Assembly (NCBI GenBank): GCA_964019335.1
Contig: OZ025652.1
Coordinates: 558,001 to 622,000, forward strand
Origin: Diplonema japonicum
Lineage: Eukaryota > Protista > Euglenozoa: Diplonemea
Reading direction: 5' to 3'
Length of the DNA: 64,000 nucleotides
In this document: positions 18,000 to 28,658 of the stretch, piece by piece
How positions within the stretch are numbered: position 1 is the stretch's first letter
How the letters are laid out: each line of letters starts with the position of its first letter
The notes under the pieces: model-generated
Databases searched by the model: none
What the model was told of the DNA's origin: nothing
Seen by the model: the letters and a program-made list of their open reading frames with translations, nothing else
Program-made: the position numbers and the translations under genes

Positions 18000-20747
18000 G
18001 TGGTTCCGTATGAAAGGCCAAGGTTGCCTTTGCACAGGGATGCCAAGAAAGTAAGCAGAACGACATGTCATTGCACGCTGTTTCGCCCGCCGCACGGGAC
18101 AGACTATGAAACAAAAAAGGAAAAAAAAGAAAATTCAGAAACATGAAGAGGGACTCCTCATTTTAACTGGACGTTGGGTGGTGGGTGAAAAGAAGAAAGA
18201 AAAGGAAAGAAGCAAATTTGAAAAAGTAGCACTTGCTGCTGTTTTGTGTTTTCATTTCATCATCATCATCATCATCATCATCATTGTTATCAACAACAAC
18301 GCTTTCAGATCTCGGAGGTGCAGGGGGACTTGTTGAGGCCGCACTCGTTGGCACCCCTCTTGACCCTGATGTAGCCGTTCTCGCCCCAAGATGCCCCCCA
18401 GGAGTTCTTGATGATCCAGTAGTCGGCGGCGTAGCCAACGATGAGGACACCGTGGTCAAGGGTGCAGACCTCACAGCAGTTGGTGAGGATGCCTCCGTTG
18501 TAGGTCTGCCACTTGGTGGCGTCCACAGCGATGGAGAGGGGCCCGCTGGGACCGACGAACTCGGCCATCGCGTTCTCGTTGTGTGCGATGTCCTTGTGGC
18601 CCTTGATGGTGGCCCCCACCGCCTTCCCGGACACGTCGTGGCACACCCCGCTGAACCCGTCGCCAGAGGTGTAGTGGTACGAGGCCTCCGTCACGATCTG
18701 CCCGTTGTGTGTCTGCTGCAGCCACTTGAAGGCGTTGTCCATGAGACCACCGTTGCAGCCGTCGTCGATCTTGTCGCACGACACCAGCTCCTGCTCCGAC
18801 AGCGAGGTCAGGGTGTTCCCCGCAAGGAACCACTGGCCCTCGATCCCTCCGGTTGTGGAGAAGGCCCAGCAGCTCCCGCACTGAGCCTGGTTCTTCACGT
18901 GGGTCACAGCTCCCTTTGTCCTCCAGTCCACCTCTGTGGGGGCTCCCGAAGTTGCCGAGGCGGTGTAGGCCGGTCCCTCCTTCTCAACAACCTTCAGGTT
19001 GTGGTACACCTTGAACTCCTCAGAAGACAGGTCAGAGAACCTGTTCACCCCGAAGGTTGCCCCCATCGCCTGCTCCTTCTCGTACTGGGCTCCCTTCAAA
19101 AGGTTCTTGGTGAAGATCTGGAACCTCCTCTCCTCCTCGGCAGCGCTGCTGTAGGCCTTGTTGTAGTCAGCCTTGAAGGTCCTGAACATCGTCCTCGAGT
19201 TCATCCTGATGTAGTCCTCAGACAGACCCTGCGCGCACCCCGCCAGCAGGGCGATCATCACTGCAGTACCGCAACGCATTTTGTGGGTGGTTCTCTTTTT
19301 TTCTTTTTTGCTTTCCTGAGAAAGTGAGGGTGTTGTGTTGTTTTGTCTTGTGGCTTGTAGTTTTAAGTTCTCTTTTCCTTTTTCGTTGTTCTCAGGGAAA
19401 ACAATGTTTTGAAAAAAAAAAATCCAAAGTACAGGCTCAAAAAGAATATCTTGGGTGAGACAGGTACAGCCGAGCTTACCAGTTTGTCGCGAAGAACATC
19501 AGCTGCGTTTAATTCACCCCTGTGCCTTGTGTTGGTAAGGATCTTCTTCTTTTTTTTTTTGCCATTCCATTTTGTTTCTTCTTTTTTTTTTTTTTTTTGC
19601 CGTTGTTGTCTTCTCTCTTCTATGGTCAGGTGTGGACGAGTTGTTTACCACTTGCCCGAAGGCATCGTATAGGTATAGGGGCGATGTCCAGATAGTAGCT
19701 GTGGTTTGTCATCATTCTCAAAAGAAGCTTTTGTTGTTCATTCCCATTTCCACATCTCCCAAACAGTAATGAGAACACGATGGCTACGAGGAAGCAAGCC
19801 CGCCCTTCTGCTGCTGGTCACTCAAAAGAAAGGACTTCCCTCTCTTCCATTTCCCCCATCCCACCACCCCTTTCCCTCCTCATTTCCCAAAAAGGCTCAG
19901 AAAAGGTACTCACATCTCATTCGGCGGGAGGAGGACAGCAGAAGCATCACCCTCAGCCTCCTCCCTCGTCAGAAATGAGGAATGCCATTGGAGTTTGTTG
20001 TTGGTCATCACAGCCTCCTTCCGGAAAAAAAAACGAAACAAAGGACCACACACACACACACACACACACACACAACAGTAAATCATGACTCAGAAAGTAC
20101 GTTCACTTGCTGCCAGCACAATGGCCAACAGCATCAACAAACAAACCAGCAATTGAGTGAAGTGGTAATCATCTCCACTGTTGCAAAAAAGAAGACACTC
20201 CTGATCAGGTGTGGACGAGTTGTTTACCACTTGCCCGAAGGCATCGTATAGGTATAGGGGCGATGTCCAGATAGTAGCTGTGGTTTGTCATCATTTCAGC
20301 GCCTTATTTTCTTTTCTTTTTTTCCTCTCATTCTCTTCTTCTTTTTTCCATATCTCCCAAACAGTAATGAGAACACGATGGCTACGAGGAAGCAAGCCCG
20401 CCCTTCTGCTGCTGGTCACCAAAAGCTCAAAGAAGGAAACGATAAGAAAAGAAGAAAGACAAGCAGGACAACCAAGAGTGTCGGTGGGCAAAGACATCAG
20501 AACCTAATTGTGGTTGTTGCCGCTCATGAGCTTCCCCGATCTGGTCGAGGGCTTCGCGAAGAGGAATCCAAGTACAAGAGATCATCACTTGTCTGCCGGG
20601 GGTTTGCTTTCCGATGCAAGAAAAAGAAAAGCTCAAAAGTTCATTCTTCAGACAAAATAGAAACTGTCAAATCCAGGGGTAGAAGCACAACAGACAGTTG
20701 TGCCTGTTCATTTGGGGAAAGAAGAATGGGTGATTGGTCTCATCATG
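18000..20747. repeat. Segmental duplication unit, copy 2
   Basis: Near-identical to 11494-14242 (offset ~6.5 kb). Confidence 0.95.
18305..19279 (-). CDS. Cathepsin L-like cysteine peptidase, copy 2
   Basis: Protein identical to copy 1. Confidence 0.97.
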   Translation of the reverse strand: MRCGTAVMIALLAGCAQGLSEDYIRMNSRTMFRTFKADYNKAYSSAAEEERRFQIFTKNLLKGAQYEKEQAMGATFGVNRFSDLSSEEFKVYHNLKVVEKEGPAYTASATSGAPTEVDWRTKGAVTHVKNQAQCGSCWAFSTTGGIEGQWFLAGNTLTSLSEQELVSCDKIDDGCNGGLMDNAFKWLQQTHNGQIVTEASYHYTSGDGFSGVCHDVSGKAVGATIKGHKDIAHNENAMAEFVGPSGPLSIAVDATKWQTYNGGILTNCCEVCTLDHGVLIVGYAADYWIIKNSWGASWGENGYIRVKRGANECGLNKSPCTSEI

Positions 20748-21295
20748 TGTGTGGGTTCTCTTCAAAGGCACAAATGTTACACATCTTGGGTGAGACAGGT
20801 ACAGCCGAGCTTACCAGTTTGTCGCGAAGAACATCAGCTGCGTTTAATTCACCCCTGTGTCTTGTGGTGGTAAGGATCCCTCTCTTTTGCTTTCGTCTCT
20901 CTTCTATGGTCAGGTGTGGACGAGTTGTTTACCACTTGCCCGAAGGCATCGTATAGGTATAGGGGCGATGTCCAGATAGTAGCTGTGGTTTGTCATCATT
21001 CTCAAAAGAAGCTTTTGTTGTTCTTTTTTTCCCCATTTCCACATCTCCCAAACAGTAATGAGAACACGATGGCTACGAGGAAGCAAGCCCGCCCTTCTGC
21101 TGCTGGTCACCATTGGAGTTTGTTGTTGGTCATCACAGCCTCCTTCCGGAAAAGAACGAAACAAAGGACCACACACACACACACACACACACAACAGTAA
21201 ATCATGACTCAGAAGTACGTTCACTTGCTGCCAGCACAATGGCCAACAGCATCAACAAACAAACCAGCAATTGAGTGAAGTGGTAATCATCTCTG
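19446..21295 (-). ncRNA. snoRNA cluster 2 (full 9-gene module plus H1, CD1, H2, truncated CD2, variant CD3)
   Basis: Same units as cluster 1; second partial module at 20781-21295. Confidence 0.88.
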
Positions 21296-21371
21296 GTGCT
21301 GTAGGGTCCGCGGTGTGCGTTTCTTGTTTGCAGGAAACAAAGATAATGCTGTAAAAAGGAGAAGATACCCC

Positions 21372-21402
<31 letters not shown>

Positions 21403-23141
21403 ACACATTTCAATCATTTAAGAACATTCAGAAGCAAAGCGCTTTTGGGTAAAGTGATTATCCCGAAGTTACGCTGAGTTGCCTTCTTCCGATTGCTTTT
21501 GTTCCCTCCCTTTTCAGCAAGCAAAAAACAAAGAGAAAGAAGAGAACAGCCAATAAAGGTACTGGGGGGGGGGGGGGGGGGGGGGACTAAGAGGACATGT
21601 AAGTTTTGCATTTTGTGCAGGGGGAGCAAGGGAGGTGAGAAAAAAAAAAAGCTTTTTGAGAAAGAGCGGGAACCGAAAAAAAAAAGATTTTTCGCATTTT
21701 TTTTTTGCCTCACCACCCTCCGTGGATTCTTTTCTGCTCTACCCTCACCCCCCCCCCCTTTTTTCTCCTTTTTCTTGGTTCACATTATTTCTACTGGATA
21801 AACAAAGAGGGCTACATTGGTAAAGAAGGTGGGAATGGAAAAAAAAAAAAAAAAGATGGGAGTTGAAAAATGGATCGTAGGGAGAAAAAGATAAAAAGAA
21901 AGAAAAACTGACCGAAAGATATAAAATACTTGAATTATACATATTCTCATACTCTTCTTTTCTTTGAAGAGACAAAAAAAAGGGGGAGAAAAAAAAAAAG
22001 AAGCCTTTCCACGCACGGCCTGATCCCATGTTATAGGCTATTAGCCACATATACACAAGAGCGAGACACAAAAAAGAGAGAAAAAAAAGGTACCTAATTG
22101 TTTTCTTCAGAACATGTGCAGCTTTATAAAAAAAATATTAAAAAATAAAAGACTCTCGTAGCATTCGTTAACCCTCCTATTCTTTTTTCTTTTTTTTTTC
22201 TTTTCGTTATTTTGTTGATAGTTATCATGGTATTTTTTTTTTTTTTTTTAAAAATAAGAAACCTGGGACGAGGCGGGAGGAGCTTTATTGCAATTCAGAG
22301 TAGACAAAGAGAATGTTTTTTTTTTTTTTTTTTTTTGTTTCAAAAACAAAAAAAAAAGGTTAAGATTCTGGACAAAAAAAAAAAGAAACACGTACCCATA
22401 GACGGAAGATGAAAAAGGGCACTTTTTTAAAAGTGGGAAATTTGAGCATTAAGCAATGTCCCAGTCAAACAAAAAGTACTGAAAGCAAAAAAAAAAGGTA
22501 GGGGGGAGCATAAAAAGAATTAAAAAAGCTGATTGATCAGCCCCCGTCTGTGGCAAGGGTTTTGGAAAAAAAAAAAAAAAAAAAAAAAAAAAACAAGAGA
22601 ATCTCCCTTTTTTTTTTCTTTCGTCTCTTTAGCTTTCTGTTCTCATTTTTAAATTTCTTTTTATACCTAGGGCTGGGGCAAGTGGGAAAAAAAAAAAAAA
22701 AAAAAAGCCTTCAGCAAAGTCAAAATAGTCTAGTAGAACAGGGGGAAGAAAAAAAGGAGGGGGGGGGGGGGGGGGGGGAGAATAGGGCACCGTAAATAGT
22801 CAACAACATAAACACAAAGGAGTGTGAACTACTGCCACAGCAAATTTCTCCCTTCCCCTCCCCAGTTTTTTTTTTCTTCTTTTTTTTTTCTGATCTTCTG
22901 CATGTACAGAAGAATTATATTTCCTTCTTTTTCCTGGTTTTTTTACTTCATCCCAGACATTTAATTTACCACCAGTTTAAAGAAGTAGAGTGTGCTCATG
23001 ATGCATGCATTAGTCCAGCAAAGCAGTGGACCCAGTTTCGATAGCCTTATTCGTTATTTCGTTTTTCACTGTGTACAGCTTGCCCCTCTGGTATGCACTC
23101 TCGGAAGAGCGGCAAATATCAGCTAACAAAGCTTTTTTACC

Positions 23142-23180
<39 letters not shown>

Positions 23181-23641
23181 CAAAAAAAAATAAAAGTCGT
23201 GAGCGATTTCTATTTCCCTCCCGAAAGAACGCCATTTTGATCTTGATATAGCAGGAAACAAAAAAAGTTTTTTTTAATATTGGAGGAGGGCAGGTGATAG
23301 AATAAGAGACACCATTCCCTCTCCTTTCTAAATATATTTGGTGCATGTGGGAGGTGTTACCCACAGAGGGAAAAAAAAAAAAGAAAAAGAAAAAAATAGG
23401 TGGAAATAATATATTTTAAAAAAAAGAGGGCACCATCCGTCTCCGCTTTTCTTCTCTTTCTCTTGTTATTTATTCATCCCTTCATTACATTTATTTCTTC
23501 CCCCCCCCCCCCCACAAGACTCAGGACAGGCAAATAAATCAAAAAAAAGGGGAAATAGGGCAAAAAAAATATTGGTACACGAAGAGATTTAAAAAAAAAA
23601 AAAAAAAAAAAAAAATGTTCCCATCTTTTCCGTTGTGGTGT

Positions 23642-24709
23642 TCACAAATAAACAGTTTTCGCAGGGGTTTGCAGCCAGGGGTGGGCAAGAACCTGGCTTG
23701 CCGAGGGACGATTCTCTGGCTTGAGCTGGAACAGCAGTTCCAGCAGGTTATTGAGCTCCTTGGAATACCGCTGCAGCTTCGGCGACTTATAATTCGCATT
23801 TGCAATTTGTTTGTGTTTGAATTTACTGGACGCCCCGGCCCACGGAGGCCTCGAGAACAACATAACATATAAAGTGACTCCACTGGACCAGATATCCGCC
23901 TTCTGCCCATTGTACCCTGCTTGCGAAATCACCTCAGGAGCGATAAAATCAGGTGTGCCACATATCTCAGAAAGGGTGGAATTGGAGCTTTTGAGTATCT
24001 CACCCAAACCGAAATCCGTCAGCATGACCTTCCCACCACCTATGAGGAGATTAGAAGGCTTCAAATCCCTGTGACATATTTTATGGTTGTGAATGTACTT
24101 TACGGCGATCATCATTTCTTTAAAGGCTGTTTTTGCTTGTGCCTCTGTCATCGGGCATTTGTTGAGAACATCTTGCATGTCCCTTCCGCCCAAATCTACT
24201 ATCATGTGGAGCCAGATCCTATCCTCTACGACATCTCGTAGACCAACAATGTTGGTGTGGTCCTTTAATTGTTTCAGGATTCTGATTTCCCGCCGTGCCG
24301 TGTAGTCCAGGTTGTTCCTGTCCACCTTCTTTTTGTTGAAGGACTTCACTGCAAACCTAGTACCCGTTCCTTGATGTTGGCATTCATGGACAGTCGCCCA
24401 AGTTCCTTTGCCTAAGTAGCCGGTGACCTCATAGGACCCTATTAGTCTAGGAACACCTTTGTTCATTCCATTTGGTGGTAAAGAGGATAAGGTGTCTGTG
24501 TCAGGCCCTTTCGTGTGGCACACTAGCAATTCGTCCACCTCTTTGTTGCCCTGAAGCGAGCGTGTATTTGTGCTGTTGTTGGTTGTGTTGTAGCTGTCTT
24601 GAGAGGCCTGCAAAAGGTTTTGGTTTTGCTGTTGGATTTTCTCGTGCTGGTGGTTCTCGAAGGGGCTGTTGGTGTTTGGTTTTTTCGCGGTCGATTGTTC
24701 ACAGCCCAT
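23642..24709 (-). CDS. CAMK/AMPK-CIPK-like Ser/Thr protein kinase with MGC N-terminus (paralogue of 16737-17798)
   Basis: GKGTWA, AVK, HRDLKPSN, DFG, CGTPDFIAPE, ADIWSSG; start MGCEQS. Confidence 0.93.
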   Translation of the reverse strand: MGCEQSTAKKPNTNSPFENHQHEKIQQQNQNLLQASQDSYNTTNNSTNTRSLQGNKEVDELLVCHTKGPDTDTLSSLPPNGMNKGVPRLIGSYEVTGYLGKGTWATVHECQHQGTGTRFAVKSFNKKKVDRNNLDYTARREIRILKQLKDHTNIVGLRDVVEDRIWLHMIVDLGGRDMQDVLNKCPMTEAQAKTAFKEMMIAVKYIHNHKICHRDLKPSNLLIGGGKVMLTDFGLGEILKSSNSTLSEICGTPDFIAPEVISQAGYNGQKADIWSSGVTLYVMLFSRPPWAGASSKFKHKQIANANYKSPKLQRYSKELNNLLELLFQLKPENRPSASQVLAHPWLQTPAKTVYL

Positions 24710-25027
24710 ATTATTATTTTTTTTTTGGTTTTTTTGGGGTTTTTTTTTGTTTTTTTTTTTGTTGTTGTACCCCCTCCCCTCCCTCCTGATCAACCCTTAG
24801 AGAACTACATATCATAAAAAAAAAAAAAAAAAAAAAAAAGAAGGCACACCCATTTTAAAAAAAAAGAAAAAAAAAACTATAGCGCGAAGAGTGAGACAAA
24901 AAAAAAAAACGTGGAAAATAATGGAGCGTGTGAAGGGGAGAGGCAACGTATAGGGGGGAAGGGAAATGGGAATAAACTAAAGCAAAAAAAAAAGAAACGA
25001 AAAGATACCCCCCCCCCCCCCCCATAT

Positions 25028-27592
25028 TCACGTGTCAGTCTCAAAGACAAAAGGGTCGGCAGCTGTGAGGTAAGACACATTCTCAAAGTCGTAGTCCTCA
25101 GAGATGGTTGATAGACGCCTTCGGGCAACGGAGAAGTGTTCGAAGTGATTGCTGTCAGCAGGCTCTCCCGGACGGTAAGATGAACACGAAGGGAAAGCAA
25201 GCTCACGAAGATCCGTCTCATGGAAGTTATGAAAGTACTTTGTGTTCGGCCCCTTGTTGCTGGGTATGAAGGGCGGCTCCAATGCTCGCGATTCGCACCT
25301 TCCCCAATCAAACCCTGTGAAGAATGGGTGTTTCTTCAATGCCTCAAGCCCCGTCAATCTTTTCTTTGAAGACTTTTCCAGCAACCCTGTCAGCAGGTCC
25401 TGCACCGAATGAGACAGCTCGGCGGTGTCGGGGAATTTCCCCCTCCCCACACTGCGGCCTTCTAAAATCTGAGTGATGGTAGCTTGGGGGTCGAGAGAAC
25501 CGTCAGCTTTTGACACCCAATACGGGTAGCACCCTGTTGTCATTAAGAACAGCACGACGCCCAACGACCACCAGTCGACTTCATACCCATACGCCTCGCG
25601 CTTCAACACCTCTGGTGCCATGTATGGGATAGTTCCGCACTGTGCGCTGGGTGCATCGTCGTGGTCAATCGTTTTTGCAAACCCAAAGTCTGTCAGCACA
25701 ACATGCCCTTCTGAGTCCAGCACCAAGTTCTCTAGCTTCAAGTCCCTGTGCAACACCGACCTGCTGTGCAGGTACCCCACCGCCAGGGCCACCTCTGCCA
25801 TGTAGAACCTCGCCCGTGATTCTGAGAAACATGTGAAGTCGCACTTGACCCCATCCTCGTACGCCATGTGGTACCACAGCTCGCCGCCTGACAAGAAATC
25901 GAACAACAACAGGAGCCGCGATCTTGTCTGGAACGCAGCGTGCAGCTTCACTATGTACGGGTGGTCCACCGTGAACAGGATTGACTTCTCGCGGTGCAGG
26001 TTCGACACTTGTCCGTCCTTTACAAGGGCGGCCTTTTGCAGTACCTTGCAGGCGTAGATCAAGCCTGTGTTCTTCTCTCGCACTTTGCACACGCACCCGA
26101 AGCTTCCCTTTCCAAGGACAGCAAGGAAGTCGAAGTCTTCCGACCTGAACATGATGTCCGACCCCTCGGAGTCTGACTCGCAGGCAGTCACCTTGAACGA
26201 CGGTACCAGCACGCCGTGGCCCTGCGTGCAGTTGAAGAACCTGCGTCCCCTGAACATGCCGTCATGCCCACCGTCCACGACGCTGTCCAGCTCGACACCC
26301 ACCCACAGCCCCTCAGCCTTCCACGACAGAGAGGTCCCCTCCACAGACCCCAGCCACGTGCACGCACCGTGCACTTCGGGATCGAAGTTCACCACCACAC
26401 GCTGCCCGATGGAGAACGGTCGCGTGTAGGAAAAGCGTTTGCACTCCCTCTTGAGCCGCACCACCCACAGCTCCTTGTCGTTGTCGCCGTCTGCCACGAA
26501 GGTGAGAACCTCGCTGAAGACGCGTCCACTCCTCAAGGAGAAGGCGAACGGCAGGTCCGGTTCATCGACCACCTCAGCAGCAGAAAGGTCAACGAGGCCG
26601 ATAGGCTTGTCGCCCTCGTGGTTGTAGTAAAAGAGGTACTGCCCCTTCACCTCCAGCCAGCGGGGCTTCAATTTGTATGCGTCGGTGGATCGTGGTGAAA
26701 GTAGCACGGGCTTGGGAGGCGGGGCGCAGGGGGTGTGGAAGCTAGGGTGTAGTGTTTCGTGAGGGCGAAACTTCGGCAGACGTGGGAGGCAATAGGTGGG
26801 CGCACGGACAGAAGCGTCTACTGGCGGGGGGACAGTTTGCCGTGCGTTGAACCGAACATGCGAAGGGGAGTGAAGGGTGCTGTGCGTGTGCTGCCTGTCA
26901 ACGGTGGTGAGAGCTGTGGATTCGGTCCTTTTTTTCAAGAATTTAACCTGCTTCAACCACCCGCTGTACAGCACAGGGATTAACGAACCGCGCGTCGACC
27001 TTTCCAGCGCACGGTACTGGTGGTGGGCTTGTTCGTTCTTCTTGCCATCGATCTCTCTGATGGCATTCCTGGCCTCAACCAGGTATTGTGTAAAGAGCTC
27101 TTCGAGCTTTTTGAAGAGGGAGTTCCATGCTCGGGTGACGGTCTCGACCGCGTCTTCAGCAAGGACCTCAAGGAGGGAGTCCAGCATGCAGGAGCAGAAG
27201 ATCTTGACCTGAGAAGGGGAAATGTTGAGGTGAGCGTGGTAGAGGGCAAGGTTCTTGATTGCCTCTTGGTTATCGAGGATTGAGTAGAGAATGGTGGGGA
27301 AGATGCGCTTTTGCACTGTGAGCCCGTTCGCGAACAACTGCCGGCAACTGGGGTCCCTCTCGTACAGCTTTGCGTAGAGCTTGTCGGAGAACTGATCGAA
27401 ACCCCTTTCCTCCACCACAGACCAGCTGTGCCTCAACACCACCCTATGCCCCGCAGGACCTAGATCCGGCCACACCGAAACCTCACCTCCGACCCTTTCC
27501 TTGGTCGCAGCATCTTTGTCTTTGTTTGCTCTATCTTTTATCCTCGAACCTTGTCTCTGGATGCCTTTCTCTCTGTGTTGCTTGCTTCCCAT
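25028..27592 (-). CDS. Globin - PH - CAP-Gly - AGC-family protein kinase fusion
   Basis: Start MGSKQ; globin pattern (SW..V, LY..L....P....LF, Q at E7, LALYH at F8, AW..LF); PH-like (RWLEVKGQYLFYY..PIGLVDL..ELWVVRL); CAP-Gly (WVGVELD..GGHDG..GRRFF.C..GHG); AGC kinase (GKGSFG, HRDLKLEN, DFG, C-tail PPFIP..YF, FEHF). Confidence 0.88.
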   Translation of the reverse strand: MGSKQHREKGIQRQGSRIKDRANKDKDAATKERVGGEVSVWPDLGPAGHRVVLRHSWSVVEERGFDQFSDKLYAKLYERDPSCRQLFANGLTVQKRIFPTILYSILDNQEAIKNLALYHAHLNISPSQVKIFCSCMLDSLLEVLAEDAVETVTRAWNSLFKKLEELFTQYLVEARNAIREIDGKKNEQAHHQYRALERSTRGSLIPVLYSGWLKQVKFLKKRTESTALTTVDRQHTHSTLHSPSHVRFNARQTVPPPVDASVRAPTYCLPRLPKFRPHETLHPSFHTPCAPPPKPVLLSPRSTDAYKLKPRWLEVKGQYLFYYNHEGDKPIGLVDLSAAEVVDEPDLPFAFSLRSGRVFSEVLTFVADGDNDKELWVVRLKRECKRFSYTRPFSIGQRVVVNFDPEVHGACTWLGSVEGTSLSWKAEGLWVGVELDSVVDGGHDGMFRGRRFFNCTQGHGVLVPSFKVTACESDSEGSDIMFRSEDFDFLAVLGKGSFGCVCKVREKNTGLIYACKVLQKAALVKDGQVSNLHREKSILFTVDHPYIVKLHAAFQTRSRLLLLFDFLSGGELWYHMAYEDGVKCDFTCFSESRARFYMAEVALAVGYLHSRSVLHRDLKLENLVLDSEGHVVLTDFGFAKTIDHDDAPSAQCGTIPYMAPEVLKREAYGYEVDWWSLGVVLFLMTTGCYPYWVSKADGSLDPQATITQILEGRSVGRGKFPDTAELSHSVQDLLTGLLEKSSKKRLTGLEALKKHPFFTGFDWGRCESRALEPPFIPSNKGPNTKYFHNFHETDLRELAFPSCSSYRPGEPADSNHFEHFSVARRRLSTISEDYDFENVSYLTAADPFVFETDT

Positions 27593-27779
27593 CCCTGGTG
27601 GGGACACCCCCTCTCTCCCTCCTTTTTTTTTTTTTTTTCCCCGGTTGGTCGGGTCGGTTAAAAACGGGTGGAGTAAGTTACTAAATAAAGTCAACGAAGA
27701 AAAAAAAAAAAAAAAACTAAGTAAAAAAAAAAAAGAAAGAAATATAAAAGGGGAAAAAAGGGGGGAAACTGCCTTATTC

Positions 27780-28658
27780 TCAGGGAATGAAAGGGATGTA
27801 GGTGGGCACACTGTCGCGGTACTTAATATATTCATCTCCGAAGAAATCCGAATCGGCAAGGAGGGACTCCTCGCTGGGTATCCGTCTCGAGAAGAAATAA
27901 TAGGAAACTGCAGAATAAGCGACAGTGGAGAACGGGTTGAGAAGGGTCAGCTGTGAGAAGACAGACCACCAGAACCACCCGAAGTAGGAAGGATGCCGCA
28001 TGACACTGTAGAGGCCGGTGGTCACGAGGGAATGGGAGGATCTGTGCGTGTGTTCGATTACGTGAGAGAAGTTGGAACCACACTGCGCCATGGCTGCGAT
28101 CCGAACAAATGCAAATAAAACCATGCACACTCCGGCAGCAAAAGGAACAACACATCCGAAACCAGATTTCAATTTTGGTGTGAAATACAACTGCAGGACG
28201 AATTCTGACACACCTATCGCTATGGCTATGTTATATTCCATTGTTGCACCAAGTCCAGGGAGCAAATATGCAACTGCATCCAGGTCTCTAGGACGGTATA
28301 GTGCCGCGCAAGAGAATTCACCTTGGTGGAAAACGCATATCCCAACTGTCCATAGTCCTAAGCTTACCATCCAGGGTACTCCTTTGGTATACCCTGTTAC
28401 AGCCATGCCACTACCAGCACCGATACAGAGGCCCATCACTGCGGAGACAATCATGATTTTGTTTTGGTCTTTCTGTGAAACACCTACAATCACCCCTTTG
28501 CCTTCTTTGTATCCCAACTGGTACATTACCGCGAGGGATGTGACGGTTCCGCCGGTCTTCAACCAACCCATCTTGGCCAACCCCAACCCCACTGCTCCAA
28601 GGACCACCGTTATGCTCCTTTTTGATAGGGTTTTGCAATCTATTGTGTCCGTTGGCAT
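27780..28658 (-). CDS. ICMT: Isoprenylcysteine carboxyl methyltransferase (STE14/ICMT)
   Basis: Multiple TM segments, NFSH.I, LVTTGLYS.MRHPSYFG, RI..EE..L..FFG.EY..Y...VPT.IPFI. Confidence 0.92.
   Translation of the reverse strand: MPTDTIDCKTLSKRSITVVLGAVGLGLAKMGWLKTGGTVTSLAVMYQLGYKEGKGVIVGVSQKDQNKIMIVSAVMGLCIGAGSGMAVTGYTKGVPWMVSLGLWTVGICVFHQGEFSCAALYRPRDLDAVAYLLPGLGATMEYNIAIAIGVSEFVLQLYFTPKLKSGFGCVVPFAAGVCMVLFAFVRIAAMAQCGSNFSHVIEHTHRSSHSLVTTGLYSVMRHPSYFGWFWWSVFSQLTLLNPFSTVAYSAVSYYFFSRRIPSEESLLADSDFFGDEYIKYRDSVPTYIPFIP

Noticed and set aside
12940-21295. CRISPR-like repeat/spacer appearance of the clusters
   Set aside because: Units are 70-125 nt of several types, the spacers are themselves repeated, context is eukaryotic, no cas genes
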